A stretch of DNA of 61,465 nucleotides, the filler included, from Candidatus Desantisbacteria bacterium CG1_02_49_89 (lineage in GTDB: Bacteria; Desantisbacteria; UBA1551): assembly GCA_001871075.1 (NCBI GenBank). It is 5 parts of 5 records of this genome, joined end to end, with 100 filler letters (N's around TTAATTAATTAA, not from the genome) between each part and the next. Parts side by side here need not be neighbours in the genome. Positions count along the whole stretch, not along the records: positions 1 to 19,665 come from MNUP01000129.1; 4 more parts are not named here. The stretch is one strand, 5' to 3'. The notes under the pieces were generated by a model. It worked only from the letters and a program-made list of their open reading frames with translations. It did no database searches and was not told where the DNA came from. Position 1 is the first letter of the stretch. Every line of letters starts with the position of its first letter. Positions 1 through 8,716 of this stretch are shown in pieces. A program made the position numbers and the translations under genes.

Positions 1-240
1 GGCTTCCCCCATAAGATACGGGGTCGCCCTCCTCACCCTTTAATGTTTACGAAGCTACACCTGGATTCACTTTCGTTGCAACCCGTCTTTTGCATCGCCC
101 GCCCGAGGCGGACTTTGTCAAGCCGCTTAGAAAAGAAAGATTGCTCCTTCCTTTCTGGCTTCTTGCTACCAGACTGCCAAATCTTATCTGGGTCAGTTAT
201 TTGCAACTGACTGGATTAGCCACAGCTTAGCTTGGCGCTC
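1..240 (-). mobile_element. Group II intron, 5' end (domain I); remainder lies beyond the window edge
   Basis: The minus strand begins GAGCGCCAAG (variant of GUGYG). It continues with domain-I hallmarks in the expected order: hairpin GTCAGTT-GCAAAT-AACTGAC, a GCAA-loop stem followed by TAAGCG, AACGAAAGTGAATCC, GTAGCTTCGTAA, and GGCGACCCC...GGGGAAGCC. Confidence 0.8.
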
Positions 241-2302
241 ATCTTATCACCATGAATTTCCCTGTTTTTTTCTCACCCGCGGGATTCGTGATGCTGTAAA
301 TATAAACGCCGCCCGCGACGATCTCCTCTTCCGCATTCCTGCCGTCCCACTCCTTTGTCTCGCCAGTGCCGGTCTTATCGAGCCGGCGGACGAATTCGCC
401 TGCTATGCTGTAGATATTTATCGTCGCGTTATCCGTGAGAAACCCGAATGTCATGTTCCCGGTCGCGGGATTGTAAGGCACGGGATAGACTATTACGTTT
501 GAAATGCTGCGGCAATACTGGCAGCCGGATCTTGAAAAATTGAAGTATTCGTCCTGCGCCTGGACCCAGTATTCCGTGGTCTGGGAAGGAAGCGTTGCCC
601 AGATCCAGTCACCCGAAACCTCCATTTTTTTTACCGACCAGGTCCCTTCCGCCCTGTAAAACGCAAAAGCTGCCTTTACCCCGCCTGAGCTCGCCCTTAT
701 CCTGACCCCGCTGTTATCCCTGATCACCGTGGACATAGAAATCCCCGGCGGCGTGTAATCGGTGATATTAAGGCCCGCGGAATATGCGCCCCAGTCAGTG
801 CAGTGCTCGAAAATGTGCGTCATCTGGGAAATGTCATCGCCTTTTACCATGATCTTTGACGCGTCGTCAGTGCCGATGTAAAGAACCTGCTCGCCCGCGG
901 ATTTGTGGATGACCGGGATAAGCTTCCAGTCATAGCACATGACCCTTGACCCCACCGCGTCCACGGCTGCCGGGTCTTCTCCGGCGAGAACGCACTGCCT
1001 CCAGCAGGTCTTGCCAGGCCAGGCAAAATTATCGTATTCGCTCGCCTGCACAGCGTCCACTACGTTGAAATACCGCCTCTGCCTGGATGTCCGCAGGATC
1101 CCGTCCCTGTCCGCGTAAAGCACTATCTTGTTCATATCGGCTATGGAACGCCAGAAAATATCGTTCCCGAAGTAGATTTCGTTCCCGGAAGCCCCTGCTT
1201 TCGTATGCGGCAGTCTTGCATTGGTAAAACCGGTCCAGTTTGTTGTACTGGGCATAGTGCTGCCAACGTGGTTCTTTATGCAAAGCGTGTTTATCATTCC
1301 CTGGTGGCATTTCATCTTGGCAACATTTATTATCACGGGGACAGCGAGCTCATGATCGCTTACCGCGTACCAGGCCATAGCCTGGCCTTTGGGATTTACA
1401 CCGTAACAGTCAGTCTCAAAGAAATACGGGTTGTTGTAATTCGGCAGGTCTAAATTGGAGTAGCCGCTGCCCGCGAAAGAGCTGTATGAACCCATATATA
1501 TCCATCTCCAGTGGTTAAGGTCTCCCAGCCCTATCGTCCGCAGGATGATGCCCGGGTTCCTTACCTGCAGGACCTGCATCATTGTCTCGTATCCGGTCTT
1601 TCCCATTATATCATAGGCGCTGTCACAGCCGGTGCATCCCTGGCTTCCGTCGCCCACCAGGACGGCCGAAGCTCCGGCCGCAATGCACATATCAACAACA
1701 GGCCGGACAACAGCCGGATGCGTGTAGGTGACGGCGGTGCATGCCATCAGGTTCACTTTTATGAGCACGGTATCACCCGGGTTCACCAGGGCATCAAGCG
1801 GGTTTGAATGCGTGCCCAAACCAAGGTCCTCAACTGCCTGCCAAACAAGACCGTAAACCGGGTTATCGTTTTCATCGTAAGGCGGGGTCTCTCCGTAATA
1901 CGCGGAAGGTTCGTACCTGAAGCTCACCTCGGTAAACGCGCTTGCGGGCAAAGAAGACCGGGTGTGATCCATAGCGGGGATCGTCTGGCCGGCGCTGCCC
2001 GCGCTGCCCGCGTAAACGCTTCCGGGCCTGCCACGGAAACGCAGACCGAAAACAACCGCTAAAACCGCAAGGCAGGCGAAAACCGCCGTCCAGAAATGCC
2101 TGCTGAAGAAGATCTTTTTTATCTGTTTCCACAGCGAGATAAAAATAGGTATGATAAAAACGGTAATAAACCACCCGGATTGGGCTGCGGCAACCCTCTG
2201 GCACGGGTAAACGATCCTTGACGGTTTTACCCCTACCCTCAGGATAAACCATGCAAGACATGCCAGGCTGAACCAGAAGTAATTGCTCCATTTATTTTTC
2301 AT
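239..2302 (-). CDS. DUF362-domain membrane/secreted protein with C-terminal FlgD/T9SS-A-like Ig domain
   Basis: DUF362-like motifs GDTVLIKVN, THPAVV, INVAKMKCH and CIKNHVG; N-terminal hydrophobic segments; C-terminal YPVPYNP...IYSIAGE..VR...WDGRN...GVYIY. Confidence 0.7.
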   Translation of the reverse strand: MKNKWSNYFWFSLACLAWFILRVGVKPSRIVYPCQRVAAAQSGWFITVFIIPIFISLWKQIKKIFFSRHFWTAVFACLAVLAVVFGLRFRGRPGSVYAGSAGSAGQTIPAMDHTRSSLPASAFTEVSFRYEPSAYYGETPPYDENDNPVYGLVWQAVEDLGLGTHSNPLDALVNPGDTVLIKVNLMACTAVTYTHPAVVRPVVDMCIAAGASAVLVGDGSQGCTGCDSAYDIMGKTGYETMMQVLQVRNPGIILRTIGLGDLNHWRWIYMGSYSSFAGSGYSNLDLPNYNNPYFFETDCYGVNPKGQAMAWYAVSDHELAVPVIINVAKMKCHQGMINTLCIKNHVGSTMPSTTNWTGFTNARLPHTKAGASGNEIYFGNDIFWRSIADMNKIVLYADRDGILRTSRQRRYFNVVDAVQASEYDNFAWPGKTCWRQCVLAGEDPAAVDAVGSRVMCYDWKLIPVIHKSAGEQVLYIGTDDASKIMVKGDDISQMTHIFEHCTDWGAYSAGLNITDYTPPGISMSTVIRDNSGVRIRASSGGVKAAFAFYRAEGTWSVKKMEVSGDWIWATLPSQTTEYWVQAQDEYFNFSRSGCQYCRSISNVIVYPVPYNPATGNMTFGFLTDNATINIYSIAGEFVRRLDKTGTGETKEWDGRNAEEEIVAGGVYIYSITNPAGEKKTGKFMVIR

Positions 2303-2315
2303 ACAGGTCTATTAA

Positions 2316-2348
2316 AAATAAAAAATCCGTCATTTCCGACGGCATTTT
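2316..2348 (-). terminator. Probable intrinsic terminator downstream of the OmpA-family gene
   Basis: Minus strand reads CCGTC-GGAAAT-GACGG followed by ATTTTTTATTTT. Confidence 0.55.
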
Positions 2349-2400
2349 GTCCTTAAATTTGAAATTTAAAATTTGCAATTTGAAATTGTGCGTGGTTGGA

Positions 2401-4056
2401 TTATTCTTCCCCGTCCATTATTATAACTTCCACCCTGCGGTTCTGCGCCCGCCCTATCTTGGTATTGTTTACGGCGATCGGGTCTTTGGAGCCGCAGCCC
2501 TTCACGGTTATGCGCTCTTTTGAAACGCCTTTGTTAACAAGGTACTTGACAACCGATTCTCCCCTTTTTACCGAAAGCTTCAGGTTGTACTTACTGGGGC
2601 CAGTGGAATCAGAATGCCCTTCAAGGGATATTTTGTTCTCAACGAATATTTTTATTATTCCGGCAAGTTTATCCAGTGTCCTGCGCGCCGCAGGGGTAAG
2701 ATCCGCGTTCCCGAACTCAAAAAATATGTCCGCGCCCGTCTGGATGGGAAGCCTTGTTAAAGTTTCACCCCCGACAAAAACCTTCTCAGCCCTGGCACTC
2801 TCTAACTTGGCTTTTACGAGCTCCTCTATCCTCGCGTCCATCTCTTTAATGACCGATTCGGCTTTCAGCCTTGCTTGCTTCTCCTTCTCCGCGGAGGATT
2901 CTGCTTCCTTTCTCTTCTTCTCGGATTCATCCTGCATCTTTCTCAGCTTTTCCCCATCTGTTGTCTTCTTGGCAAGCTCAGCCTCCAGCTGCGCTATGCG
3001 CTTATCAAGCTCCTTAACAAGAGCTTCCGCTTTCAGTCTTGCTTCCTTCTCCTTTTTTACTTCTCCGGTTAATTTTACCTTTTCTGCTTCAGCCTGCTTG
3101 GCCTTTAATATAGCTGTTTCCTGATCTTTACTTTTGGCAGCCGAAGGTGGCACTGGCGAAGATGGCACAACGGCAGTTGTAACCGTCTTCTTTTCAGCCT
3201 CAAGTTTCGCCGCAGCGTCAGCGGTCACTTTTTTCTTTGCCTCTGCTTCCGCAGCTGCTTTCTTTTCAGCTTCGAGTTTTGCAGCGGCATCCTGAGCAGC
3301 CTTAAGTTCAGCCGCTTTCTTGGCTTCGGCTGCTGCATCCTGTGCCGCCTTCAATTCGGCGGCTTTCTTTGCCTCTGCTGCTGCTCCAGCTTTCGCAGCG
3401 GTTTCCTGCGCCGCTTTAAGCTCAGCAGCTTTCTTTTCAGCCTCAAGTTTCACCGCAGCGTCAGCGGTCACTTTTTTCTTTGCCTCTGCTTCCGCAGCTG
3501 CTTTCTTTTCAACTTCGAGTTTTGCAGCGGCATCCTGAGCAGCCTTAAGTTCAGCCGCTTTCTTGGCTTCGGCTTCCGCATCTGCTTTCTTTTTTGTTTC
3601 ATCTGTCGGAGGTACAACACTAGCCGGGGTAGAAGCAGGAACTGCCTCCTGTACCTCTACCTCCTGGCCAGAACCTGTTATAGTAACTATGATCGAATTG
3701 CCGGTCTTGCCCGCATTGATCTGCAGGGAAGAAACGTCCGAAGTCTCGATAAGAATACGCCCTATCATAACAGGTCTTACTGAAGCCTGTGTTACTGTTA
3801 TATACTTTAAAATGTCCTTCCCAACGTTCGTGGAACTTTCCTTGACCTTCAGGCCTCGGACCTCTATTAATACGCCGGAAGGAATCGTTGAAACTGACTG
3901 CTTGAACTGGGCGTCTCCGCTCATGACTATCTCAACAGTCGCGTTTCCGTCTGACTCGTTTGTCTTGACTTCCTTAAGCTCTGCGCAGTCAGCGGTTGCT
4001 GAGAAGAATGCTGCAGTCAGTGCCAGTAGTATTAAATGGACTATTCGCTTTTTCAT
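2401..4056 (-). CDS. OmpA-family peptidoglycan-binding protein with AMIN-like N-terminus and TolA-like Ala/Lys/Glu repeats
   Basis: Signal peptide; AEAKKAAELKAAQ repeats; C-terminal OmpA motifs FFEFG, EGHSDSTG, YNLKLS..RG.SV and GRAQNRRVEV. Confidence 0.85.
   Translation of the reverse strand: MKKRIVHLILLALTAAFFSATADCAELKEVKTNESDGNATVEIVMSGDAQFKQSVSTIPSGVLIEVRGLKVKESSTNVGKDILKYITVTQASVRPVMIGRILIETSDVSSLQINAGKTGNSIIVTITGSGQEVEVQEAVPASTPASVVPPTDETKKKADAEAEAKKAAELKAAQDAAAKLEVEKKAAAEAEAKKKVTADAAVKLEAEKKAAELKAAQETAAKAGAAAEAKKAAELKAAQDAAAEAKKAAELKAAQDAAAKLEAEKKAAAEAEAKKKVTADAAAKLEAEKKTVTTAVVPSSPVPPSAAKSKDQETAILKAKQAEAEKVKLTGEVKKEKEARLKAEALVKELDKRIAQLEAELAKKTTDGEKLRKMQDESEKKRKEAESSAEKEKQARLKAESVIKEMDARIEELVKAKLESARAEKVFVGGETLTRLPIQTGADIFFEFGNADLTPAARRTLDKLAGIIKIFVENKISLEGHSDSTGPSKYNLKLSVKRGESVVKYLVNKGVSKERITVKGCGSKDPIAVNNTKIGRAQNRRVEVIIMDGEE
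3188..3574. repeat. 144-nt internal direct repeat (3188-3331 and 3431-3574)
   Basis: The copies are 243 nt apart and differ at two positions by eye. Confidence 0.9.
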
Positions 4057-4109
4057 TTTGTTTATTGATATTAATTTATTAATTGATATTGAAAGTAATT
4101 TAGTATATT

Positions 4110-4137
4110 ATTATATATTAAATATAATAAAAGTCAA
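4110..4137 (-). promoter_or_regulatory. Sigma70-type promoter for the OmpA-family gene
   Basis: TTGACT-N16-TATAAT on the minus strand, about 55 nt upstream of the ATG. Confidence 0.6.
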
Positions 4138-4291
4138 GGAAAAAGAGCTTTTTTCATAATTCTACGCATTTTTATGTTTCTAATCCTTAAACTATGAGCT
4201 ACCATAGGCCCATTGCCTTAGCTCTGGGCCGAAGGTCCCTGCGTTACCCGCCAATATTCGTGGCGGGGCAGGGATATGCTATATACGGTTT

Positions 4292-5080
4292 TTAAGCCGT
4301 GGAAAGCTGCCCTGCCCTTTTCCACGCCGCCTTAACAGCCTTGTCCAATATGCTTCCCAGGCGGTATTTTTTTAAGACTTTAAGGGCTTCTGCCGTTGTA
4401 CCCTTCTTTGACGAAACCATATCGCGCAGTTCCGCAGGCTCTTTACCTGTTGTTTCCAGCAGCGCAACAGCACCCTTCGCGGTTTGGATCGCCAGATTCT
4501 TGCATGTTTGTTTGTCCAATCCAAGATCGCAGGCCGATCTGATCAGATGCCCGATCATCTCGAAGAAATAAGCCGGGCCGCTCCCGGAAAGCGCGGTCAC
4601 GGCATTAATATGTTTTTCAGCGACCGAAAAAACTTTCCCGGACCTGCGGAAAATTTCCTTCACTATAAACTCGTCTTTCCTGCTTGCACGCTTTCCCCTG
4701 CAGACCGCTGCCGCTCCCCGGCCGGCGATCAGGGCTATATTAGGCATAACCCTGACCACCCTTGCTTCACCTGCGGCTTTTTCAATAAAGCGGGTGCTTA
4801 TACCCGCAGCTATGGAAACAAACAGGTGCCTTGCCGTCACCGCGTCTTTTATGTTTACCAGCACTTCCTTCATCTCCTGCGGTTTTATCGCAAGTATCAC
4901 GATATTGCTTTTACTGACCAGTTCCAAGCTGTCTTTTGCAGGCGTTATCCCTGATCTTGAAGCGGCACGCTTTGCGGCAGGCCTTATGTCATAGCCCATG
5001 AGCGAAGATCCCTTCAGGCTTCTGCCGATAGCCATGCCCATTTTCCCCAGCCCTATTATACCGATCTTCCCCAGCTTCAT
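4292..5080 (-). CDS. proC: Pyrroline-5-carboxylate reductase
   Basis: GIIGLGKMG, AIKPQ, SIAAG, RVMPN, ALSGSGPAYF, VSSKKGTT. Start moved to ATG 5080 because the upstream extension is only a translated repeat. Confidence 0.95.
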   Translation of the reverse strand: MKLGKIGIIGLGKMGMAIGRSLKGSSLMGYDIRPAAKRAASRSGITPAKDSLELVSKSNIVILAIKPQEMKEVLVNIKDAVTARHLFVSIAAGISTRFIEKAAGEARVVRVMPNIALIAGRGAAAVCRGKRASRKDEFIVKEIFRRSGKVFSVAEKHINAVTALSGSGPAYFFEMIGHLIRSACDLGLDKQTCKNLAIQTAKGAVALLETTGKEPAELRDMVSSKKGTTAEALKVLKKYRLGSILDKAVKAAWKRAGQLSTA

Positions 5081-5093
5081 GTTAACCCCTATC

Positions 5094-5198
5094 GAATTAT
5101 GAATTATGAATGATGAGTTATGAATCAAAATCAAGGAGTTTTATTTAAATTCAATTCCATGTTGTTGACTCATAATTCATAACTCATAACTCATAATT
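5094..5198. repeat. ATGAATT-heptamer inverted-arm element, copy 1
   Basis: (GAATTAT)-like x4, a spacer, then (ATAATTC/ATAACTC) x4 inverted. Confidence 0.85.
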
Positions 5199-5214
5199 AA
5201 TTTCCTGTTTCTTT

Positions 5215-6360
5215 TTATATTATTTTGTTCCTAAGGAATGCCGGTATCTCCAGGTTGTTCACGGGATGCGGCCTTTTTTCCTCATCCAGCCTTGTCCCGA
5301 ATTTATCTATAAGGCTCCTGCGCTTGTATGCCGGTCTGTCATAATCCTGCGCGGCGGCATATGCCCCGGTGTCCACTTCCGCTCCCTGCTCCGTGTCCTG
5401 AGCGATCTTCTTTTCAAACCCGCTGGCAATTATCATGACCGTGGCCTCATCCCCCATGCTGTCATCCTCAACGGTCCCGAAAATGATATGCACGTCATCG
5501 CTTGCCATCTTCTGGATCAGGGTAGCTGCTTCCTGGACCTCGCCCATCTTAAGGTCCTTCCCCGAAATATTAAACAGGATCCTTTTCGCGCTATCTATGC
5601 AGCTTTCGTTCACAAGCGGGTTCGATATTGCCATTTTCACCGCGGCAACCGCCCTCCCCTCGCCGGACGCTGATCCCATTCCCATAAGCGTCTGCCCGGC
5701 GTCCCTCATTATGGTGCGCACGTCGGCAAAATCCAGGTTTATCAGGCCCGGGGTCGTGATCAGGTCAGAGATACCTTTGACCCCATGGTAAAGAACGTCA
5801 TCGGCCATCCTGAAGGCTTCGTTCAGTGAAGTCGCGTTATTGCACAGCCTCATCAGATTGTCGTTAGGGATCACTATCAGGGTGTCAACCTTGCCGTTGA
5901 GCTGCGCTATGCCCTGCTCTGCCTGCATGCGCCTTTTCCTGCCCTCGAACCCGAAGGGAAGCGTAACTATCGCAACAGTCAGTATTTCCATCTCCCTTGC
6001 AAGCTGGGCCACGACCGGGATCGCGCCTGTTCCTGTCCCGCCGCCCATCCCTGCCGTAAGGAAAACCATGTTTGAGCCGTCGATCGCCTGTTTTGCCAGG
6101 TCTATGTCCTCTTCAACGGCTTTCCTGCCCACATCCGGGTCTGAACCTGCGCCCAATCCCTCGGTAAGCTTGGACCCGATCTGTATCTTGTTGGTTGAAA
6201 GGGACGCTTTCAGGGCCTGGGCGTCAGTGTTTATGGCAATGAACTCGACGCCCCGGATCTCCGCCCTTATCATCCTGTCAACCGCGTTGCTGCCCCCGCC
6301 TCCTACCCCCACCACCTTCAGGTTCGCCCAGTAACCTCTTTCTTCCTCAAATCTGAACAT
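5215..6360 (-). CDS. ftsZ: Cell division protein FtsZ
   Basis: VGVGGGGSNAV, GMGGGTGTG, NLDFAD and C-terminal LEIPAFLR. Start ATG 6360 has an AGGAGG SD. Confidence 0.98.
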   Translation of the reverse strand: MFRFEEERGYWANLKVVGVGGGGSNAVDRMIRAEIRGVEFIAINTDAQALKASLSTNKIQIGSKLTEGLGAGSDPDVGRKAVEEDIDLAKQAIDGSNMVFLTAGMGGGTGTGAIPVVAQLAREMEILTVAIVTLPFGFEGRKRRMQAEQGIAQLNGKVDTLIVIPNDNLMRLCNNATSLNEAFRMADDVLYHGVKGISDLITTPGLINLDFADVRTIMRDAGQTLMGMGSASGEGRAVAAVKMAISNPLVNESCIDSAKRILFNISGKDLKMGEVQEAATLIQKMASDDVHIIFGTVEDDSMGDEATVMIIASGFEKKIAQDTEQGAEVDTGAYAAAQDYDRPAYKRRSLIDKFGTRLDEEKRPHPVNNLEIPAFLRNKII

Positions 6361-6384
6361 ATTCTCCCTCCTTTTTTGAAATTT

Positions 6385-6533
6385 GATTACGGTGATTTTC
6401 AACTGATGATTACGATGATTATTAAATAATGATTACGGTGATTATTAGAATAATGATCACAGCGATAAGTGCAACGATAGCAGTGATTTTAAAATTTATA
6501 ATCACTGTAATCATTCTTTAAATCACTGTAATC
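6385..6533. repeat. GATTACRGTGATT spaced array with inverted AATCACTGTAATC copies
   Basis: About five forward motifs at roughly 20-24-nt spacing, then two reverse-complement motifs. Confidence 0.85.
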
Positions 6534-6541
6534 GGTATTTA

Positions 6542-7762
6542 CTAAAAAAAATTCTGCCACCATTTCCTGAAGCCCTCGAAGACTCCGCCCTTGCCGAAAA
6601 TGGGAACGCCCCTCAGCTTTGACTGCATCAGAAGACCTGCTGCCACGGAAAAAGAAGGATCCGAAACCGCGGAACCTTCGGCTGCAGCTGTTATACCGCT
6701 TGCCTTCCCTATCCTCACGGGCATCCTCAGCATGTTCCCCGCGAGGTCAACAAGCCCGTCGGTATTCGCGACACCGCCTGTCAGCACAACACCGGCGGAA
6801 AGCATGTCCTCGTAACCAGTTTTCTTTATTTCCGCCCTTACCAGCTCGAATATCTCCTCGAGCCTTGCCTGTATGATCTCGCACAGCACCAGTTTTGAAA
6901 CCGTGTGGCCTCCCCTGCCGCCCAGGCCCGGAACATCCATCTCCCCCTCTTGTGCCATTGCCGATATCGCGCGCCCGTGTTCTTTTTTCAGTTTTTCCGC
7001 GACTTCGGGTGAACTGCGCACTCCCACGGCTATGTCTCCCGTAACCTGCTCGCCTCCCAGGCCCAGAACGCAGGTATGTATCACATAGCCTTTCACGAAA
7101 ACTGCTATGCTTGTCGTTCCGCCGCCCATATCAACCAGCGCGACCCCGCTGTTTATCTCGTCCTCGGCAAGCACTGCGAGGCTGGAAGCCAGAGGCCCCG
7201 GGACCGTGCTCCTGACCCTCAGGCCGGCCGAATTAATGCTTTTAATGATGTTCTGCATGGATGTTATCGCGCCCATGAAAAGCATGACCCTGATACCCAG
7301 GTTTTCCCCGATAAGGCCCAGAGGAGGTTCCTTCACGCCGTCGTGCCCGTCAACGATGTATTCCTGCGGCGATATGTAAAAGATCTCCTGGTCAAGCGGT
7401 ATGCTCAGCTCGCACGCCGCCTCTATAACGGCATTTATGTCCGCCTTCGTTATCTCTTTGTTTCCCCTGGAGATAGACCTGTGTCCGTCGCTGGGCATGC
7501 CCTTAAGGTAAATACCCCCGACGCTCGTAATGACATTTTTTATCCTCTGGCCGGACATCTTCTCTGCCTGCTCCACTGCGTCTTCGATCGCTCCAACGGT
7601 ATTATCAAGATGAATAATTACTCCCTTGCGCAGGCCCCCGGACGCCGGCCTTGAACCGTATCCCAGCACTTCCACCTCGCCTTCTTCGCTTACAGCGGAA
7701 ACAACCGCGCAGATCTTCGTCGTGCCGATATCAAGACTGCTCACGATCTCATCTTTAGCCAA
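6542..7762 (-). CDS. ftsA: Cell division protein FtsA
   Basis: LDIGTTKI, VDMGGGTT, GGEQVT.DI, VLTGGVA; lies upstream of ftsZ. Confidence 0.97.
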   Translation of the reverse strand: MAKDEIVSSLDIGTTKICAVVSAVSEEGEVEVLGYGSRPASGGLRKGVIIHLDNTVGAIEDAVEQAEKMSGQRIKNVITSVGGIYLKGMPSDGHRSISRGNKEITKADINAVIEAACELSIPLDQEIFYISPQEYIVDGHDGVKEPPLGLIGENLGIRVMLFMGAITSMQNIIKSINSAGLRVRSTVPGPLASSLAVLAEDEINSGVALVDMGGGTTSIAVFVKGYVIHTCVLGLGGEQVTGDIAVGVRSSPEVAEKLKKEHGRAISAMAQEGEMDVPGLGGRGGHTVSKLVLCEIIQARLEEIFELVRAEIKKTGYEDMLSAGVVLTGGVANTDGLVDLAGNMLRMPVRIGKASGITAAAEGSAVSDPSFSVAAGLLMQSKLRGVPIFGKGGVFEGFRKWWQNFF

Positions 7763-7939
7763 ATTCCCCTCCTTTTTTAAGATGACGATTACAGTGATTA
7801 TTTAAAAATGATTACGGTGATTATTAACTACTGACGATCTTTGCTTCGCAACATTCTTTGTGGGTCACGTCGATAAACGACGAATTACGGTGATTATACA
7901 ATGATTCTTTACTTCTCAGCATGCTTTATATTATTAAAA

Positions 7940-8716
7940 TCATGAGGAAGCTTTTGGTTTAAGGACCGCTTCACCGCCGAAACGCAGATCCACGTATTCT
8001 ATGCTCATCCCCCATGTTTTTATCTGCCCCATCAGCTTTTTTACCTTCCTGAGCTTGCCGGGAAAATCCCCGGTTCCCAGGTGGAATTCAATTCCGTCCC
8101 CGGTAACAAGAATAAGGTTCTGGGGATCCCTCATGTCAAGCTCAGAGATCTCTTTCACGGAAATACCCTCAGCTCCTGCCGCTTTTACGAAACCCGCGGC
8201 TTTTGGGAGCAATGCTTTCTGCTCATTGTCTGAAAGGCGGGCGGTTGTGACAAATGGTATGTCAAGTGAAAAGTTCCTGGACTGTCCTATCACGGACCCG
8301 CCCTCGTCCACATCGGAATATATATCGCTTCCCTCCTGCATGACCCTGAGGAAAGGCACCCTTTCGCCAGCTGTTATCACCAGTTTCCCCTCGCTGAAAT
8401 GCCTCTGTATCCTTACGTCTTTTATCTTGGGATGGCGAAGGAGTTCTTCCGCGATATCCTTCGGATCTATACGCAGCATGTTCATGCCGATACTTAGTTT
8501 CTTAAGCGCCTGGAACTGGCTGAAGTCTATCTCGCTCCTGCACTTGACCTCCATGCTTTTAAGCGGGTATGCCCGCCCGGCGAATTCAAAGAACTTAACA
8601 CCGAGTACTATTATAAGGAATACAGTGAGAAGCGCCAGCCATTCGCCGCGCGGGCCGTTGCCTTCTTTGTCCTTTCTTTTTTTTACGCCCTTGTTTTTTA
8701 AACGCGCGTCCCGCAT
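7940..8716 (-). CDS. ftsQ: Cell division protein FtsQ/DivIB
   Basis: Basic N-terminus, single TM helix, POTRA-like region, C-terminal YVDLRF; located between ddl and ftsA. Confidence 0.85.
   Translation of the reverse strand: MRDARLKNKGVKKRKDKEGNGPRGEWLALLTVFLIIVLGVKFFEFAGRAYPLKSMEVKCRSEIDFSQFQALKKLSIGMNMLRIDPKDIAEELLRHPKIKDVRIQRHFSEGKLVITAGERVPFLRVMQEGSDIYSDVDEGGSVIGQSRNFSLDIPFVTTARLSDNEQKALLPKAAGFVKAAGAEGISVKEISELDMRDPQNLILVTGDGIEFHLGTGDFPGKLRKVKKLMGQIKTWGMSIEYVDLRFGGEAVLKPKASS

Noticed and set aside
1-700. Diversity-generating retroelement target next to a retroelement
   Set aside because: No template/variable repeat pair with adenine-specific mismatches was seen; the RNA motifs fit a group II intron.
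6385-6533. CRISPR-like array of GATTACGGTGATT
   Set aside because: The repeat is only 13 nt and the linkers about 10 nt, orientation inverts within the array, and no cas genes are present.
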